From: Squalus acanthias
Lineage: Eukaryota
DNA: 64,000 nucleotides
Reading direction: 5' to 3'
Assembly (NCBI GenBank): GCA_030390025.1
Contig: CM059432.1
Location: 145,080,001 to 145,144,000 of the forward strand
Positions 11,641 through 22,409 of this stretch are shown here, in pieces. Positions within the stretch are counted from its first letter, which is position 1. Every line of letters begins with the position of its first letter. The notes below the pieces were generated by a model. The model did not search any database, was not told where the DNA came from, and worked only from the letters and a program-made list of their open reading frames with translations. Made by a program: the position numbers and the translations under genes.

Positions 11641-12165
11641 CTCCCCTCCAATCTGCTCTCTTCCCCCTTCGATCCTCTCTCTCCCTTTGATCCTCTATCT
11701 CTCTCTCTCCCCTCTGTCTCTCCCCTCCCCTCTCTCTCCCCTCCCCTCTCTCTCCCCTCCTCTCTCTCACCCTCCTCTCTCTCTCACCCTCTGTCTCTCC
11801 CCCTCTGATCCCCTCTCTCCTCCCTCCGATTCTCTCTCTCCCCTCTCCTCTCTCTCTCCCCCCTCTCCTCTCTCTCTCCCTCTCCAATTCCCTCTCTCTC
11901 TCCCAGATCTCCTCTGTCTCTCCCCCCTGTGATCCCCTCTCTCTCCCCCTCTGATCTCCGCTCTCTCCCCTCTCTGATCTCTTCTCTTTCTCCCCCCTCC
12001 AATCTCCTCTCTCTCCCCCTCCGAACCTTTCTTTCCCCTCTCCGATCTCCTCTCTCTCTCCTACCTCTGATCTCTCTCTCCCCCTCAGATTCCCTCTCTC
12101 TTTCCCCTTTCGATCTTCTTTCTCTCTCTTCCCTCCCCCCCCCCCCCCCCCCCCCCCCCGCCCCC
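11640..12165. repeat. Polypyrimidine (CT-rich) low-complexity tract ending in a poly-C run
   Basis: Nearly pure C/T with periodic GAT; C run ~12135-12159. Confidence 0.95.
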
Positions 12166-13536
12166 ATCACCAACGGATGTAGTGACCTTCTCCATACAAA
12201 GCCAAGGAAAGCGTGGCTCACAGTGCAGGCTGCAACTGTTGGGTCCTGCACATTCACGGTTCCAGGATACCATGCACATGCACAGAGGCCGCAAAAGTGT
12301 TCGTGCAGATAATCACTCCATTTCTTAATCATCTGCTCATGCGAAGATTTAAGAAAGATGCTTGATTGAAAAGGTGAATAAAACAGATGCATGTTAATGG
12401 TCTCACACTACTACACCTGGGTCTACGTCACCACTGGGTCTGTCTCAGTCATGTATCACAGAGGATCAACTGAGCTCCAATCACCCATCATCATGTATGT
12501 CATCTGGCCTGATCCCCAGAGACCTTGCTATCCCCTCCTCCAAGGAGGAGAGTCATTCATTTTCATTAGACAGCTGATAAGTAGAGATCTGAGCCATTAT
12601 TAGATAGAAAACAGGTACCAAGAACTGCTTCCAAACAGCACAGCAAGCAGATGAACTCACCGTAAAATATGAGTGCATTGCCAGCATCCTGTTGACTACA
12701 GTACCTTCCTTAAACCATCGCAATACCCTATCAATGGGCTTCCACAGCTGGAGATGCAAGACCTGCTGGTCTCTCGGCAACCAGCTAAGTGAAGCATTGA
12801 ATCATGGATATAGAGTGCGTGTTTACACGCTGGGTATTATCAATTCCTTCCACCAGTTTTCAAGACTCAAATTTTCCTCCAGCTATATGACGGGCATCTT
12901 CCTTCAGCAATGTGGAATACCTTACAGGAAAAGTTGCAGTACATCAGTCATCTTGATAATCTAAAATATCCAATTCCAATGGCATGCACCAGTTTTACTC
13001 CTCACCAATGGTTTAATCCAGGTCCTTACTTAAGAGACTTTGTCAAAAAGGCATGCCCATCTTCAACATGACTCCCCCTCAAGCGCGTTGAGTGACAGAA
13101 GTCTTCCCTCTCAGAAACCATTCCTCCTTTTGCCATTAACCACCTCACAGCTTGACCCTGGATCTTGCATGCTGACCAAAGGAAACCCTTCCATTGCATA
13201 CATAGGACCAATGCACCATAAAGAACTGTTTGGACACATAGCTTATATTCCATAAGGTTAGCCTGCATTGAGACTTTGCAGTCACTGAAGAAAAACGCAT
13301 CTCAGCAAAGTCACAAAAAGTGTGTCTAAGCTAAAGTTGACATCACCAGAACTTCCAGGTACTGATTGCAGATACTCTGGCAATGATCTTTCAATCCTCC
13401 TTAGATATGGGAGTGGTGCCAAAGAACTGGAGGATTCCAAATGCTACAACCCTGTTCAAAAAAGGGGAGAGGGATAAACCCGGCAACTACAGGGCAGTCA
13501 GCCTAACGTTGGTGGTGGGGAAAATTCCAGAGGCAC

Positions 13537-14360
13537 TGTAAGATTTGGATCACAGATTACCCAAAGGATCTTAGGAGTCATAGGTCATTTTATTAAGGAG
13601 CGGTAGTTCAAATATAGTTAAATACAACACACAATCAGGATAGACATACAATCCGTAACAGATGAGAACGGTTTACCGGCCCCGGAATGGATGGACAAGG
13701 GTTGAGGCAGAACGGTGGTCTTGGATCCCTGCAGCCTGCGGCAGTGGTCTCTTCCTCTTTGGTCATCTCCCAAGGCTGGTGGGGGTGTTAAGCTGAAGCT
13801 AGCATGAATCCACCCTGGGGAAGCCCTTCCCCTCTCTGTCTCTTCCCCGCCCCAACCCCCGAGGAAGCCCTTCGCCTCTCTGCCCCCCACACCTGCCGGG
13901 AAGCTCTTTCCCTCTCTGCCTATTTTTCCCTTTCAGCTGCCCGTTTATATACCTTATTTTGGGGGGTCAGTGGATACCTCATGTCAATCATTTGTTACCC
14001 ATTCAATTGTCCAATTACAGGGGAATAAGTACCTATGGCAGATCCCTCCCAGACTCATGAGGTCATTCCTCTGCTTATCTCCTGTTTGGACATCTTGCAC
14101 TTTCTCCGAGACAGTTTGTTTATCATAAGGATCCTTACTCGACCGCTTATCAAGCCTAGCTATGGCTGCATGAAGGCCTGTTTCTGCGTTATGCCCTTGT
14201 AAATGACCTCAGTTCTTTGTGCAACTCCTTATCTGATATGATTGGTTTCTTCTGTGTCATCAGCTTATCCTGACTGCTGAGCTAGGCAAAACCATTTCTT
14301 TTATAAAAATCATTATTTCTTTTACAATTCATAATTTCTTGCCATTCACGATTTCTTACA
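13537..14360 (-). mobile_element. Solo LTR (824 bp)
   Basis: TGTAAGA...TCTTACA termini, imperfect 4-bp TSD GCAC/ACAC within CR1, minus-strand AATAAA near 13590; truncated copies start every downstream repeat unit. Confidence 0.75.
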
Positions 14361-14657
14361 ACACTAATCCAGGTCAAAATTAATTGACACTGGAAATATA
14401 TGGACGAATAAATGAGAATCCCAGCACGATTTGTTAAAGGCAAATTGTGTGTAACTAACTTGATTGAGTTCCTTGATGAAGTAACATAGAGGTTTGACCA
14501 GGGTAGTGCGGTTGATGTTGTATATATGGGCTTTCAAAAGGCGTTTGATAAAGTACCACATAATAGATTTATTTGCAAAATTGAAGCCCATGGGATTAAA
14601 GGGATAGTGACTGCATGGATAAGAAATTGGCTAAGGGACAGAAAGCAGTGGTGAATG

Positions 14658-14756
14658 AAAACAGAAAATGGTGGAAATACTCAGCAGGTCAGGCAGCATC
14701 TGTGGAGAGAGAAACAGAGTTAACATTTCAGTTCAATGACCATTTGGCGGAACTAA
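14658..14756 (-). mobile_element. Short Penelope-like insertion in CR1-A (present in all units)
   Basis: Flanked by TGGTGAATG repeats; homologous to the 6656-6847 element. Confidence 0.6.
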
Positions 14757-14817
14757 TGGTGAATGGTTGTTTTTCAGACTGGAGGGAAGTGTGCAGTGGT
14801 AGAAACATAGAAACATA

Positions 14818-15561
14818 GGCCCAAAAATTAGACCTAATACGCGAGAGTATGCACTGTGTACTGTCGCGTTTAAGGTCTCCAATTGCCGGTTTCCTGCATG
14901 CACTGCGCATGCGCGGGAAACCGGCACTTCGTGAGTTCAAAAGGGGGCGGTTCCTAAGTGAACCGCGTGCGCGCTACAGGCTGCGCGCACGCAGTGCACT
15001 TAGTGCTTTGAACGCACAGGTAAGCATGGAAGATTTTACACATAAAGAAAGGAGGCGTAAGACCCTCTTTTAACAAGGTAAGTAGTTAATTAAGTATTAT
15101 TTAAAAAAAATTTCAACAGGTTTATCTTTCTTAGAGACTTTAAAGAAAGGTAAGTTTATTTTTATAACTTTTAAAAAGATTTTAAATTTTTTCAAAAATT
15201 TAATTTTTTGTTTAAAGTGGTTAATTTATTTAACTATACTTATTTTATTAAAGTGATGATTTTTAAAAAATTTTAATTGAGGTTTAGCTGTTCTTTTGGG
15301 GGGGTATAGTATTCTTAGCTTTGACAGGTCTTCCTGTTAAAACTATGAATGAAAGATGGTGTGCTGCCATTGGCTCTAACTGAATCACGTGATCCCAGAG
15401 CTTGCACGAACTAGTTGCGTCTCTGGGTCACGCAAGCACTGCACAGCTGCAGCCTTGAAACTAAAGTTCGTGTGGGCCCGGAGGAAAAAGGTAGGCGCGG
15501 AGTGAGATATCGCGGGGAAGCCTTACCCCCGCGTGAACACTCAGTGTTTAATTTCTGGGCC
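14818..15561. mobile_element. Harbinger-like MITE (744 bp)
   Basis: TIR GGCCCAAAAATTA/TAATTTCTGGGCC, 3-bp TSD ATA; empty site visible in units 4-7. Confidence 0.85.
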
Positions 15562-17012
15562 ATAGAAAAATAGGAGCAGGAGTAGGTCATTCGGCCCTTC
15601 GAGCCTGCTCCGCCATTCAATATGATCATGGTTGATCCTCTATCTCAAAACCATATTCCCGCTCTCTCCCCATACCCCTTGATGCCTTTTGCGTCTAGAA
15701 ATCTATCTATCTTCTTCTTAAATATATTCAGTGACTTGGCCTCCACAGCCTTCTGTGGTAGAGAATTCCACAGGTTCACCACCCTCTGAGTGAAGAAATT
15801 TCTCCTCATCTCAGTCCTAAATGTCCTACCCCGTATCCTGAGATTGTGACTCCCTCGTTCTAGAGCCCCCAGCCAGGGGAAAGATCCTCCCTGCATCCAG
15901 TCTGTCTAGCCCTGTCAGAATGTTATATGTTTCAATGAGAACCCCTCTCATTCTTCTAAACTCTAGTGAATACAGGCCTATTCGACCCAATATCTCCTCA
16001 TACGACAGTCCTGCCATCCCAGGAATCAGTCTGGTGAACCTTCGCTGCACTCCCTCTACGCAAGTATATCCTTTCTTAGGTAAGGAGACCAAAACTGCAC
16101 ACAGTACTCCAGGTGTGGTCTCACCAAGGCCCTGTAAAACTGTAGTAAGACATTCTTGCTCCTGTACTCAAATCCTCTTGCAATGAAGGCCAACATACCA
16201 TTTGCCTTCCTAACTGCTTGCTGCACCTGCATGTTCGCTTTCAATGACTGGTGTACAAGGACACTCAGGTCCCTTTGTACATCAACATTTCCCAATCTAT
16301 CACCATTTAAATAATACTCTGCCTTTCTGTTTTTCCTACCGAAGTGGATAACTTCACATTTATCCACGTTATACTGCATCTGCCGTGTATTTGCCCACTC
16401 ACTCAACTTGTCTAAATCACCTTGAAGCCTCTTTGCATCCTCCTCACAACTCACAGTCCCACCTAGTTTTGTGTCATCAGCAAACTTGGAAATATTACAT
16501 TTGGTTCCCTCATCCAAATCATTGATATATATTGTGAATAGCGGGGGCCCAAGCACTGATCCCTGCAGTACCCCACTAGTCATCACCTGCCACCCCAAAA
16601 AAGACCCATTTATTCCTACTCTCTGTTTCCTGTCTGTTATCCAATTTTCAATCCATGCCAGTATATTACCCCCAATCCCATGTGCTTTAATTTTGCACAC
16701 TAACCTCTTATGTGGGACTTTATCAAAGGCCTTCTGAAAATCCAAATACACCACATCCACTGGTTCTCCCTTATCTATTGTACCAGTTACATCCTCAAAA
16801 AACTCCAGTAGGTTTGTCAAACACGATTTCCCTTTCATAAATCCATGTTGAATTTGTCTAATCCCGTTGATATTTTCTAAGTGTCCTGTTATCACATCCT
16901 TTATAATAGAGTCTAGCATTTTCCCTACTATGATGTTAGGCTAACTGGTCTGTAGTTCACTGTTTTCTCCCTCCCTCCTTTTTTAAATAGTGGGGTTACA
17001 TTTGACACCCTC

Positions 17013-20000
17013 TGTCGTAAGAATGAGCCTTACGCGTGGTGAACTTAAAGTAAGCTTTAATCAACTAAAAAGGTGCTACATACAAAAGAGGTCTTACTCT
17101 ATGCCTCTCCAGGATCCAACTGATCAGTCCAGTATTTATCCTGGACTAATCACAGGAAGTGATGCAATAAAGTTCGAGTCACAGGAAGCTGTATTGTGTT
17201 ACCACATTCTCCCCCCCCCCCAAAAGATTAGGAGGCCGGGATGCTCCCTCCATTTCGTAGCCGCTGGACGAGGGAGAGCCGCACCCGTTTGGGTTCTCGT
17301 AGCGGTAGAGGGCCCCTAGCCCGTTTACCCGCCGCGGGCCGTGGACCAGAGTCCGAGTGATCCAGCCCGCTCTGTGAGGGGTCAGGACGATCCTGACTGT
17401 GTACTGGTGCCTGAACGGGTGTCGGGCAGGGCTGTGGCAGATCCGTTTCTGAGCGTACGGTACGGGGTGGATCGTGGCTGCACGTGCGAGCCCCGACGGG
17501 CTCATAGTCAGTCTGCCCCAGGTCGGCACGCTGGAGTGAGGTACCAGCCGGCGTCAGATCCAGATCGTGATGAGAGGCACCTGGCGAGCCCAGAGATGTG
17601 CCTGATACAATATCATCCCCTGGTGTCCCTCTATGTTTCGGCGGGCAGGGAGCCAGATCCCGCAATGACACGGTAGATTCCCGACCGTCAGGATACCGAA
17701 TATAGGCGTAGGTAGGGTTGACGTCAGTGAGCTCAACCTCATCTACCAGGGGGTCATTCTTAGACGCCCGGACATATCTTCGGAGTAGCACTGGTCCCGG
17801 TGCAGTCAGCCACGACGGGAGAGATATCCCATAGGATGAGCGACGCTGAAATCGGAAGAACCGTTCATGAGGCGTCGTATTTGTGGCGGTCGAAAGGAGG
17901 GACCGTGTGGAGTGTAATGCGTCTGGAAGTACTGCTTCCCATTGCTGGTTGGGTAGGCCCCGAGATCTCAAAGCCAGACGTACCGCATTCCAGATGATAG
18001 CGTTATAACACTCGACTTGCCCATTCCTGACCGGATGATAAGGCGTCGTTTTGCTGGCAGCAATACCCCGTTCCGAGAGATAGGCCTTGAGTTCTCCTGA
18101 CATAAAAGAAGGGCCCCAATCCGAATGAACATAGGATGCCATGCCACAGAAAGCAAATACCTGCTCAAGGCAGCTGATAACCGTGGTCGTCAGCATATTG
18201 GGGCAGGGAAAGGCAAATGGAAAACGGGAATACTCATCGACCATGGTCAATAGATAAGTGTTGCGAGTTGAAGAGGGCAACGGCCCCTTAAAATCAATGC
18301 TAAGCCGTTGCATTGGCTGGGTCGTATGTATGAGTATACCACCCGAGGGGCGGAAAAACTGAGGTTTCAATTCCGCACAGACTCTGCCGTCCGAGCACAT
18401 CTTCTTTACATCCCCAGTAGAGAATGGGAGATTTCGGGACCGCACGAAGTGTAGCATGCGAGTAACGCCCGGATGACACAACCCATCATGGATGTCTACG
18501 AGCGTAGAGGGTGCCATGGCGGAGCAGAATGCTCGTGTGAGGGTATCCGGAGCCACATTCTCCTTGCCAGGTCGATAGTGGATGGTGTAACCAAAAGAGG
18601 CCAATTCCAGCCGCCAAAGCTGGATTTTATTATTTTTAATTTTGGTCCGTTTTCGATTATCGAGCATGAAGGCGACCGATCGCTGGTCCGTGATTAAGGT
18701 AAAGTGCTGGCGAGCTAGGAGATGACTCCACTTCCGTACTGCCTCTATGATGGCTGTAGCTTCTTTCTCGACTGGAGGATAATGTAGCTCAGCCCCTTGA
18801 AAAGTCCTGGACAAAAATGCCACCGGACGACCTTCCTGATTCAGAGTGGCCGAGATCGCCACCTCCGAGGCATCACACTCAACAACAAAAGGAAGACTCT
18901 CATCGATGGAGTGAAGAGCCGCTTTCTCCAACTGTTTTTTCAGGAGGTTAAAGGCTGCAACAGCTGCTGTGTCTAGTGGGAATGTGCTGGCCTTCAGTAG
19001 AGGTTGGATTCGGTCCGAGAAGTTAGGAATCCATTTAGCATAGTATGCAAACAGGCCGAGGGCCCGGCGCAAGGAGGCCGGATTCTTAGGTGGCGGGAGT
19101 TCTTGGAGTGGGCGAAGCCTTTCAGGGTCAGGCTTAATGATGCCATTGCCCACACAATAGCCAAGGATGTTAATGGTTGGTTGTGACTCAATGGATTTAG
19201 CCGCATTTAATGTCAAATTACGGTGCTGGAGTGCATCCCAAAATCGTTGGAGATTGGCGTCATGTTCCCGCTGATTGCGACCTGCGACAGTAATATTGTC
19301 CAGATAAGGAAACGTATCCTTCAAGTCTTCCTGTTTGACCAGGTCATCCATTGCTCGCTGGAAGACAGCCACTCCATTAGTGACCCCAAAGGGGAGGCGA
19401 CGAAATTGATACAGCCGTCCATTGGCTTCAAAGGCCGTATACTGCTTGTCTGAGACCTTCAAGGGTACCTGATGATAGGCACTTTTCAGATCATATGTTG
19501 AGAACACCGTGTACTCAGCCAGTTTATTAACCATATCATCGATGCGCGGCAATGGGTATGCGTCCAAGTCCGTATATTGATTGATGGTCTGTGAATAGTC
19601 AATGCACAGCCGTTTCTTGTGAGGTTGTAGAGAGTTCTTAACAATAACGACCTGGGCACGCCATGGCGACGAACAAGGCTCGATGATATCCTCTGCTAAA
19701 AGCCGAGAAATCTCAGCCGCAATAAAAGACTGGTCTTCCTGACTGAAACGTCGTGACTTTGTTATAATCGGTTTGCATCGAGGAGGGATACTGGTAAACA
19801 GTGAGGGTTCATCCAGTGAAGCTGCTGACAATGCACAGAACGGTAATCGAGGTAGTATATTAGAAATAGTGAGTTCAGGTTTGGATCCGCCGAACTCAAT
19901 GGTGAGCTTCTTATGCTGCTTTTGAAAATCCAGCCCTAAGATAAGATCACTACATAAGTCCTTGAGCACCGAAAGCCGGGTGGAGGGATACCTGTGACCA

Positions 20001-21456
20001 TTAAGTGTTATTTCAACCATACAAAAGCCAGAAATTCTGGTATTAAGTGATGACTGAGCCATCGCAATTGCCTGGTCCGATGGGAAAACATGTAGCTTTA
20101 ACTCTGCAACAATCTGTTCCCTAATGAAACTATCAGTGCTACCTGAGTCAATTAAGGCATCTAAAGTATGTCCATTAATTGATGCTTTTGTAGCTGCATG
20201 GAATAGGTTCTGAGGACAAGCAGCTGTAATTGGTGTCGTTGCACAAAGAGTGGCTGAAACTCTAGGTGTGTTTCTTCGAGAGGAAACCCAAGAGGAAGCA
20301 CGATAGATTTTAGCCGGAACATCTTGATAGGCCCTTACCGGGGCAGTTCGGTAGGACTTAGCTTGATAAGCCCTCGTAGAGGCTCTTGATAGGCAAACCT
20401 TTGCAAAATGACCCTTTTTGTTGCAATGACTGCAAAACGCATTGCGAGCAGGGCAGAATTTCCGAGGGTGAAACTCATCACCACAAAAGAAGCATTTCTT
20501 AGATTGCCAAGAGGCTGCCACAGTGGGGTCATCATCCTCTTCATCAGTGAAGTCATCAGATTGATCGTCAGGGATAAAGACCTCCCTAATAGAGTTCACC
20601 TGTGGCCTTTTAAATTGCCTGACTGTAGTTAAGGCAGTAGACCGAGGTCTGGGCACTGTATAAAGGTCTGCATTTCTTTTTGCCAGATCTAGAGAGCAAG
20701 CCATGTCATAAGCTCTCTGAAGCTCAAGTGTCTTACTTTCCAGTAGACGCTGGCGTATAAATGGGGAGGCAAGCCCGCAGATGAAAGCATCACGGATCAT
20801 TTCTTCACGGTACAGCTCAGCTGAGGCCGCCTGAAAGTTACAGTCCATACTAAGTCTGCGAAGCTCTTGGAGGAATTTATCAATGGATTCCTCCGGCCCT
20901 TGTTGGGCTGTAGCTAGTAGATGTCTGGCATAGACCTCATTCGGTGTCTTAGTATATAGTCTCTTAAGCGTCCGAATTGCCTCCTCGTAACTGCCCCATT
21001 CCTCCACATACTGAAATACATTCGGGGTGACACAGTTGATGAGTATCCGCAACTTTGAGTCATCATCAGCCTTGCAATATTCAAGAAAATTGTCAAACGT
21101 GCGATACCAGTGTTTCCACACCTTACCGGCTGCTGGGGTGTTTGGGTCCAAGTCAAGACGCGATGGTTTAAGGATGTTTTCCATGATGGGTGATTCCCTG
21201 GATCCTTAGTTCCGAGTTCGTCCAAAAAGTTTGAGTGCGAAGTTTTTCAAAGTTGATTAAATTGTCGTAAGAATGAGCCTTACGCGTGATGAACTTAAAG
21301 TAAGCTTTAATCAACTAAAAAGGTGCTACATACAAAAGAGGTCTTACTCTATGCCTCTCCAGGATCCAACTGATCAGTCCAGTATTTATGCAGGACTAAT
21401 CACAGGAAGTGATGCAATAAAGTTCGAGTCACAGGAAGCTGTATTGTGTTACCACA
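17013..21456 (-). mobile_element. Full-length Gypsy/Metaviridae LTR retrotransposon (Mag-like), 4444 bp
   Basis: Two 194-bp TG...CA LTRs (17013-17206, 21263-21456; 3 mismatches), 5-bp TSD CCCTC, PPT at 17207-17221; empty site in other units. Confidence 0.97.
17228..21184 (-). CDS. Gag-Pol polyprotein, 1318 aa (Gag with two Cys/His knuckles, PR, RT, RNase H, IN)
   Basis: CFFCGDEFHPRKFC and CSHCNKKGHFAKVC; LIDSGS; DLKSAYHQ, PFG, YLDN; CDAS/EKEA/TDQ; integrase IDFKG...SDWG...QVE in PR-RT-RH-IN order. Confidence 0.95.
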   Translation of the reverse strand: MENILKPSRLDLDPNTPAAGKVWKHWYRTFDNFLEYCKADDDSKLRILINCVTPNVFQYVEEWGSYEEAIRTLKRLYTKTPNEVYARHLLATAQQGPEESIDKFLQELRRLSMDCNFQAASAELYREEMIRDAFICGLASPFIRQRLLESKTLELQRAYDMACSLDLAKRNADLYTVPRPRSTALTTVRQFKRPQVNSIREVFIPDDQSDDFTDEEDDDPTVAASWQSKKCFFCGDEFHPRKFCPARNAFCSHCNKKGHFAKVCLSRASTRAYQAKSYRTAPVRAYQDVPAKIYRASSWVSSRRNTPRVSATLCATTPITAACPQNLFHAATKASINGHTLDALIDSGSTDSFIREQIVAELKLHVFPSDQAIAMAQSSLNTRISGFCMVEITLNGHRYPSTRLSVLKDLCSDLILGLDFQKQHKKLTIEFGGSKPELTISNILPRLPFCALSAASLDEPSLFTSIPPRCKPIITKSRRFSQEDQSFIAAEISRLLAEDIIEPCSSPWRAQVVIVKNSLQPHKKRLCIDYSQTINQYTDLDAYPLPRIDDMVNKLAEYTVFSTYDLKSAYHQVPLKVSDKQYTAFEANGRLYQFRRLPFGVTNGVAVFQRAMDDLVKQEDLKDTFPYLDNITVAGRNQREHDANLQRFWDALQHRNLTLNAAKSIESQPTINILGYCVGNGIIKPDPERLRPLQELPPPKNPASLRRALGLFAYYAKWIPNFSDRIQPLLKASTFPLDTAAVAAFNLLKKQLEKAALHSIDESLPFVVECDASEVAISATLNQEGRPVAFLSRTFQGAELHYPPVEKEATAIIEAVRKWSHLLARQHFTLITDQRSVAFMLDNRKRTKIKNNKIQLWRLELASFGYTIHYRPGKENVAPDTLTRAFCSAMAPSTLVDIHDGLCHPGVTRMLHFVRSRNLPFSTGDVKKMCSDGRVCAELKPQFFRPSGGILIHTTQPMQRLSIDFKGPLPSSTRNTYLLTMVDEYSRFPFAFPCPNMLTTTVISCLEQVFAFCGMASYVHSDWGPSFMSGELKAYLSERGIAASKTTPYHPVRNGQVECYNAIIWNAVRLALRSRGLPNQQWEAVLPDALHSTRSLLSTATNTTPHERFFRFQRRSSYGISLPSWLTAPGPVLLRRYVRASKNDPLVDEVELTDVNPTYAYIRYPDGRESTVSLRDLAPCPPKHRGTPGDDIVSGTSLGSPGASHHDLDLTPAGTSLQRADLGQTDYEPVGARTCSHDPPRTVRSETDLPQPCPTPVQAPVHSQDRPDPSQSGLDHSDSGPRPAAGKRARGPLPLREPKRVRLSLVQRLRNGGSIPAS

Positions 21457-22409
21457 CCCTCCAATCTGCAGGAACTGTTCCATAATCTGTAGAATTTTGG
21501 AAGATGACAACCAATGCATCCACTATTTCCATGGCTACCTCTTTTAGTACTCTGGGATGCAGATTATCAGGGCCTAGGGATTTATTGGCTTTCAGTCCCA
21601 TTAATTTCTCCAGCACTATTTTTTTACTAATACTAATTTCCTTTAATTCCTCCTTCTCACTAGACCCTTGGTTCCTCAGCATTTCTGGAAAGTTATTTGT
21701 GTCCTCTTCCGTGAAGACAGAACCAAAAGTATTTGTTTAATTGCTCAGCCATTTCCTTGTTCCCCATTATAAATTCTCCTGTTTCTGACTGTAAGGGACC
21801 TACATTTGTCTTCACTAATCTTTTTCTTTTTACATACTTGGAGAAGGTTTTACAGTCCGCTTTTATGTTCCTTGCAAGTTTACACTCATACTCTATTTCC
21901 CGCCCCCCACCCCCCCCCCCCCGCCACTTAATCAATCCCTTGGTCCTTTATTGCTGAACTCTAAACTGCTCCCAATCCTCAGGCTTGCTACTTTTTCTGG
22001 TAACTTGATATGACTCCTCTTTGGATCTAATTCTATCCTTAATTTATTTTGTTAGCCATGGTTGGGCCACTTTTCCTTTTATGTTTTTGCACCAGAAAGG
22101 AATGTATAACTGTTGCAATTCATGCATTCGTTCCTTAAATGTTAGCCATTGCTTATCCACCATCATGCCTTTTAATGAAGCTCCACAATCTATCATAGCC
22201 AACTCCCTCCTCATACCTTCGTAGTTTCCTTTGTTTAGATTTAGGACCCTAGTTTCGGATTGGATTACTTCACTTTCCATCTTAATGAAGGTGTTCTCCA
22301 GGGGACCACTGCTCTTTTTGATATATATTAATGACCTGGATCGTGCCATAATTTCAAAGTTTTCAGATGACAAAAAACTCAGAAATGTAGTAAATAGTGA
22401 GGAGGATAG

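Larger units (their letters stand above)
14801..22289 (-). mobile_element. CR1 LINE copy B (5'-truncated RT region), inserted antiparallel in copy A and interrupted by a MITE and the Gypsy element
   Basis: ORF 16056-16919 (QHGF, YLDFQKAFD, QGSVLGP, FADDTK); (AGAAACAT)n tail at 14801. Confidence 0.9.

Noticed and set aside
12219-12257. Isolated CACAGTG heptamers (also ~8239)
   Set aside because: No nonamer at 12 or 23 nt and no adjacent V, D or J coding sequence
11432-12392. Arg/Glu/Gly-rich and Ser/Pro/Leu-rich ORFs
   Set aside because: Translations of a CT-rich low-complexity tract
12170-13340. Unassigned segment with several short ORFs
   Set aside because: No recognisable domain, splice structure or termini; possibly an old TE, cannot be called by eye
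15826-16919. RT-like ORFs repeated in each unit, as host genes
   Set aside because: Frameshifted, truncated CR1 ORF2 fragments with different lesions per unit
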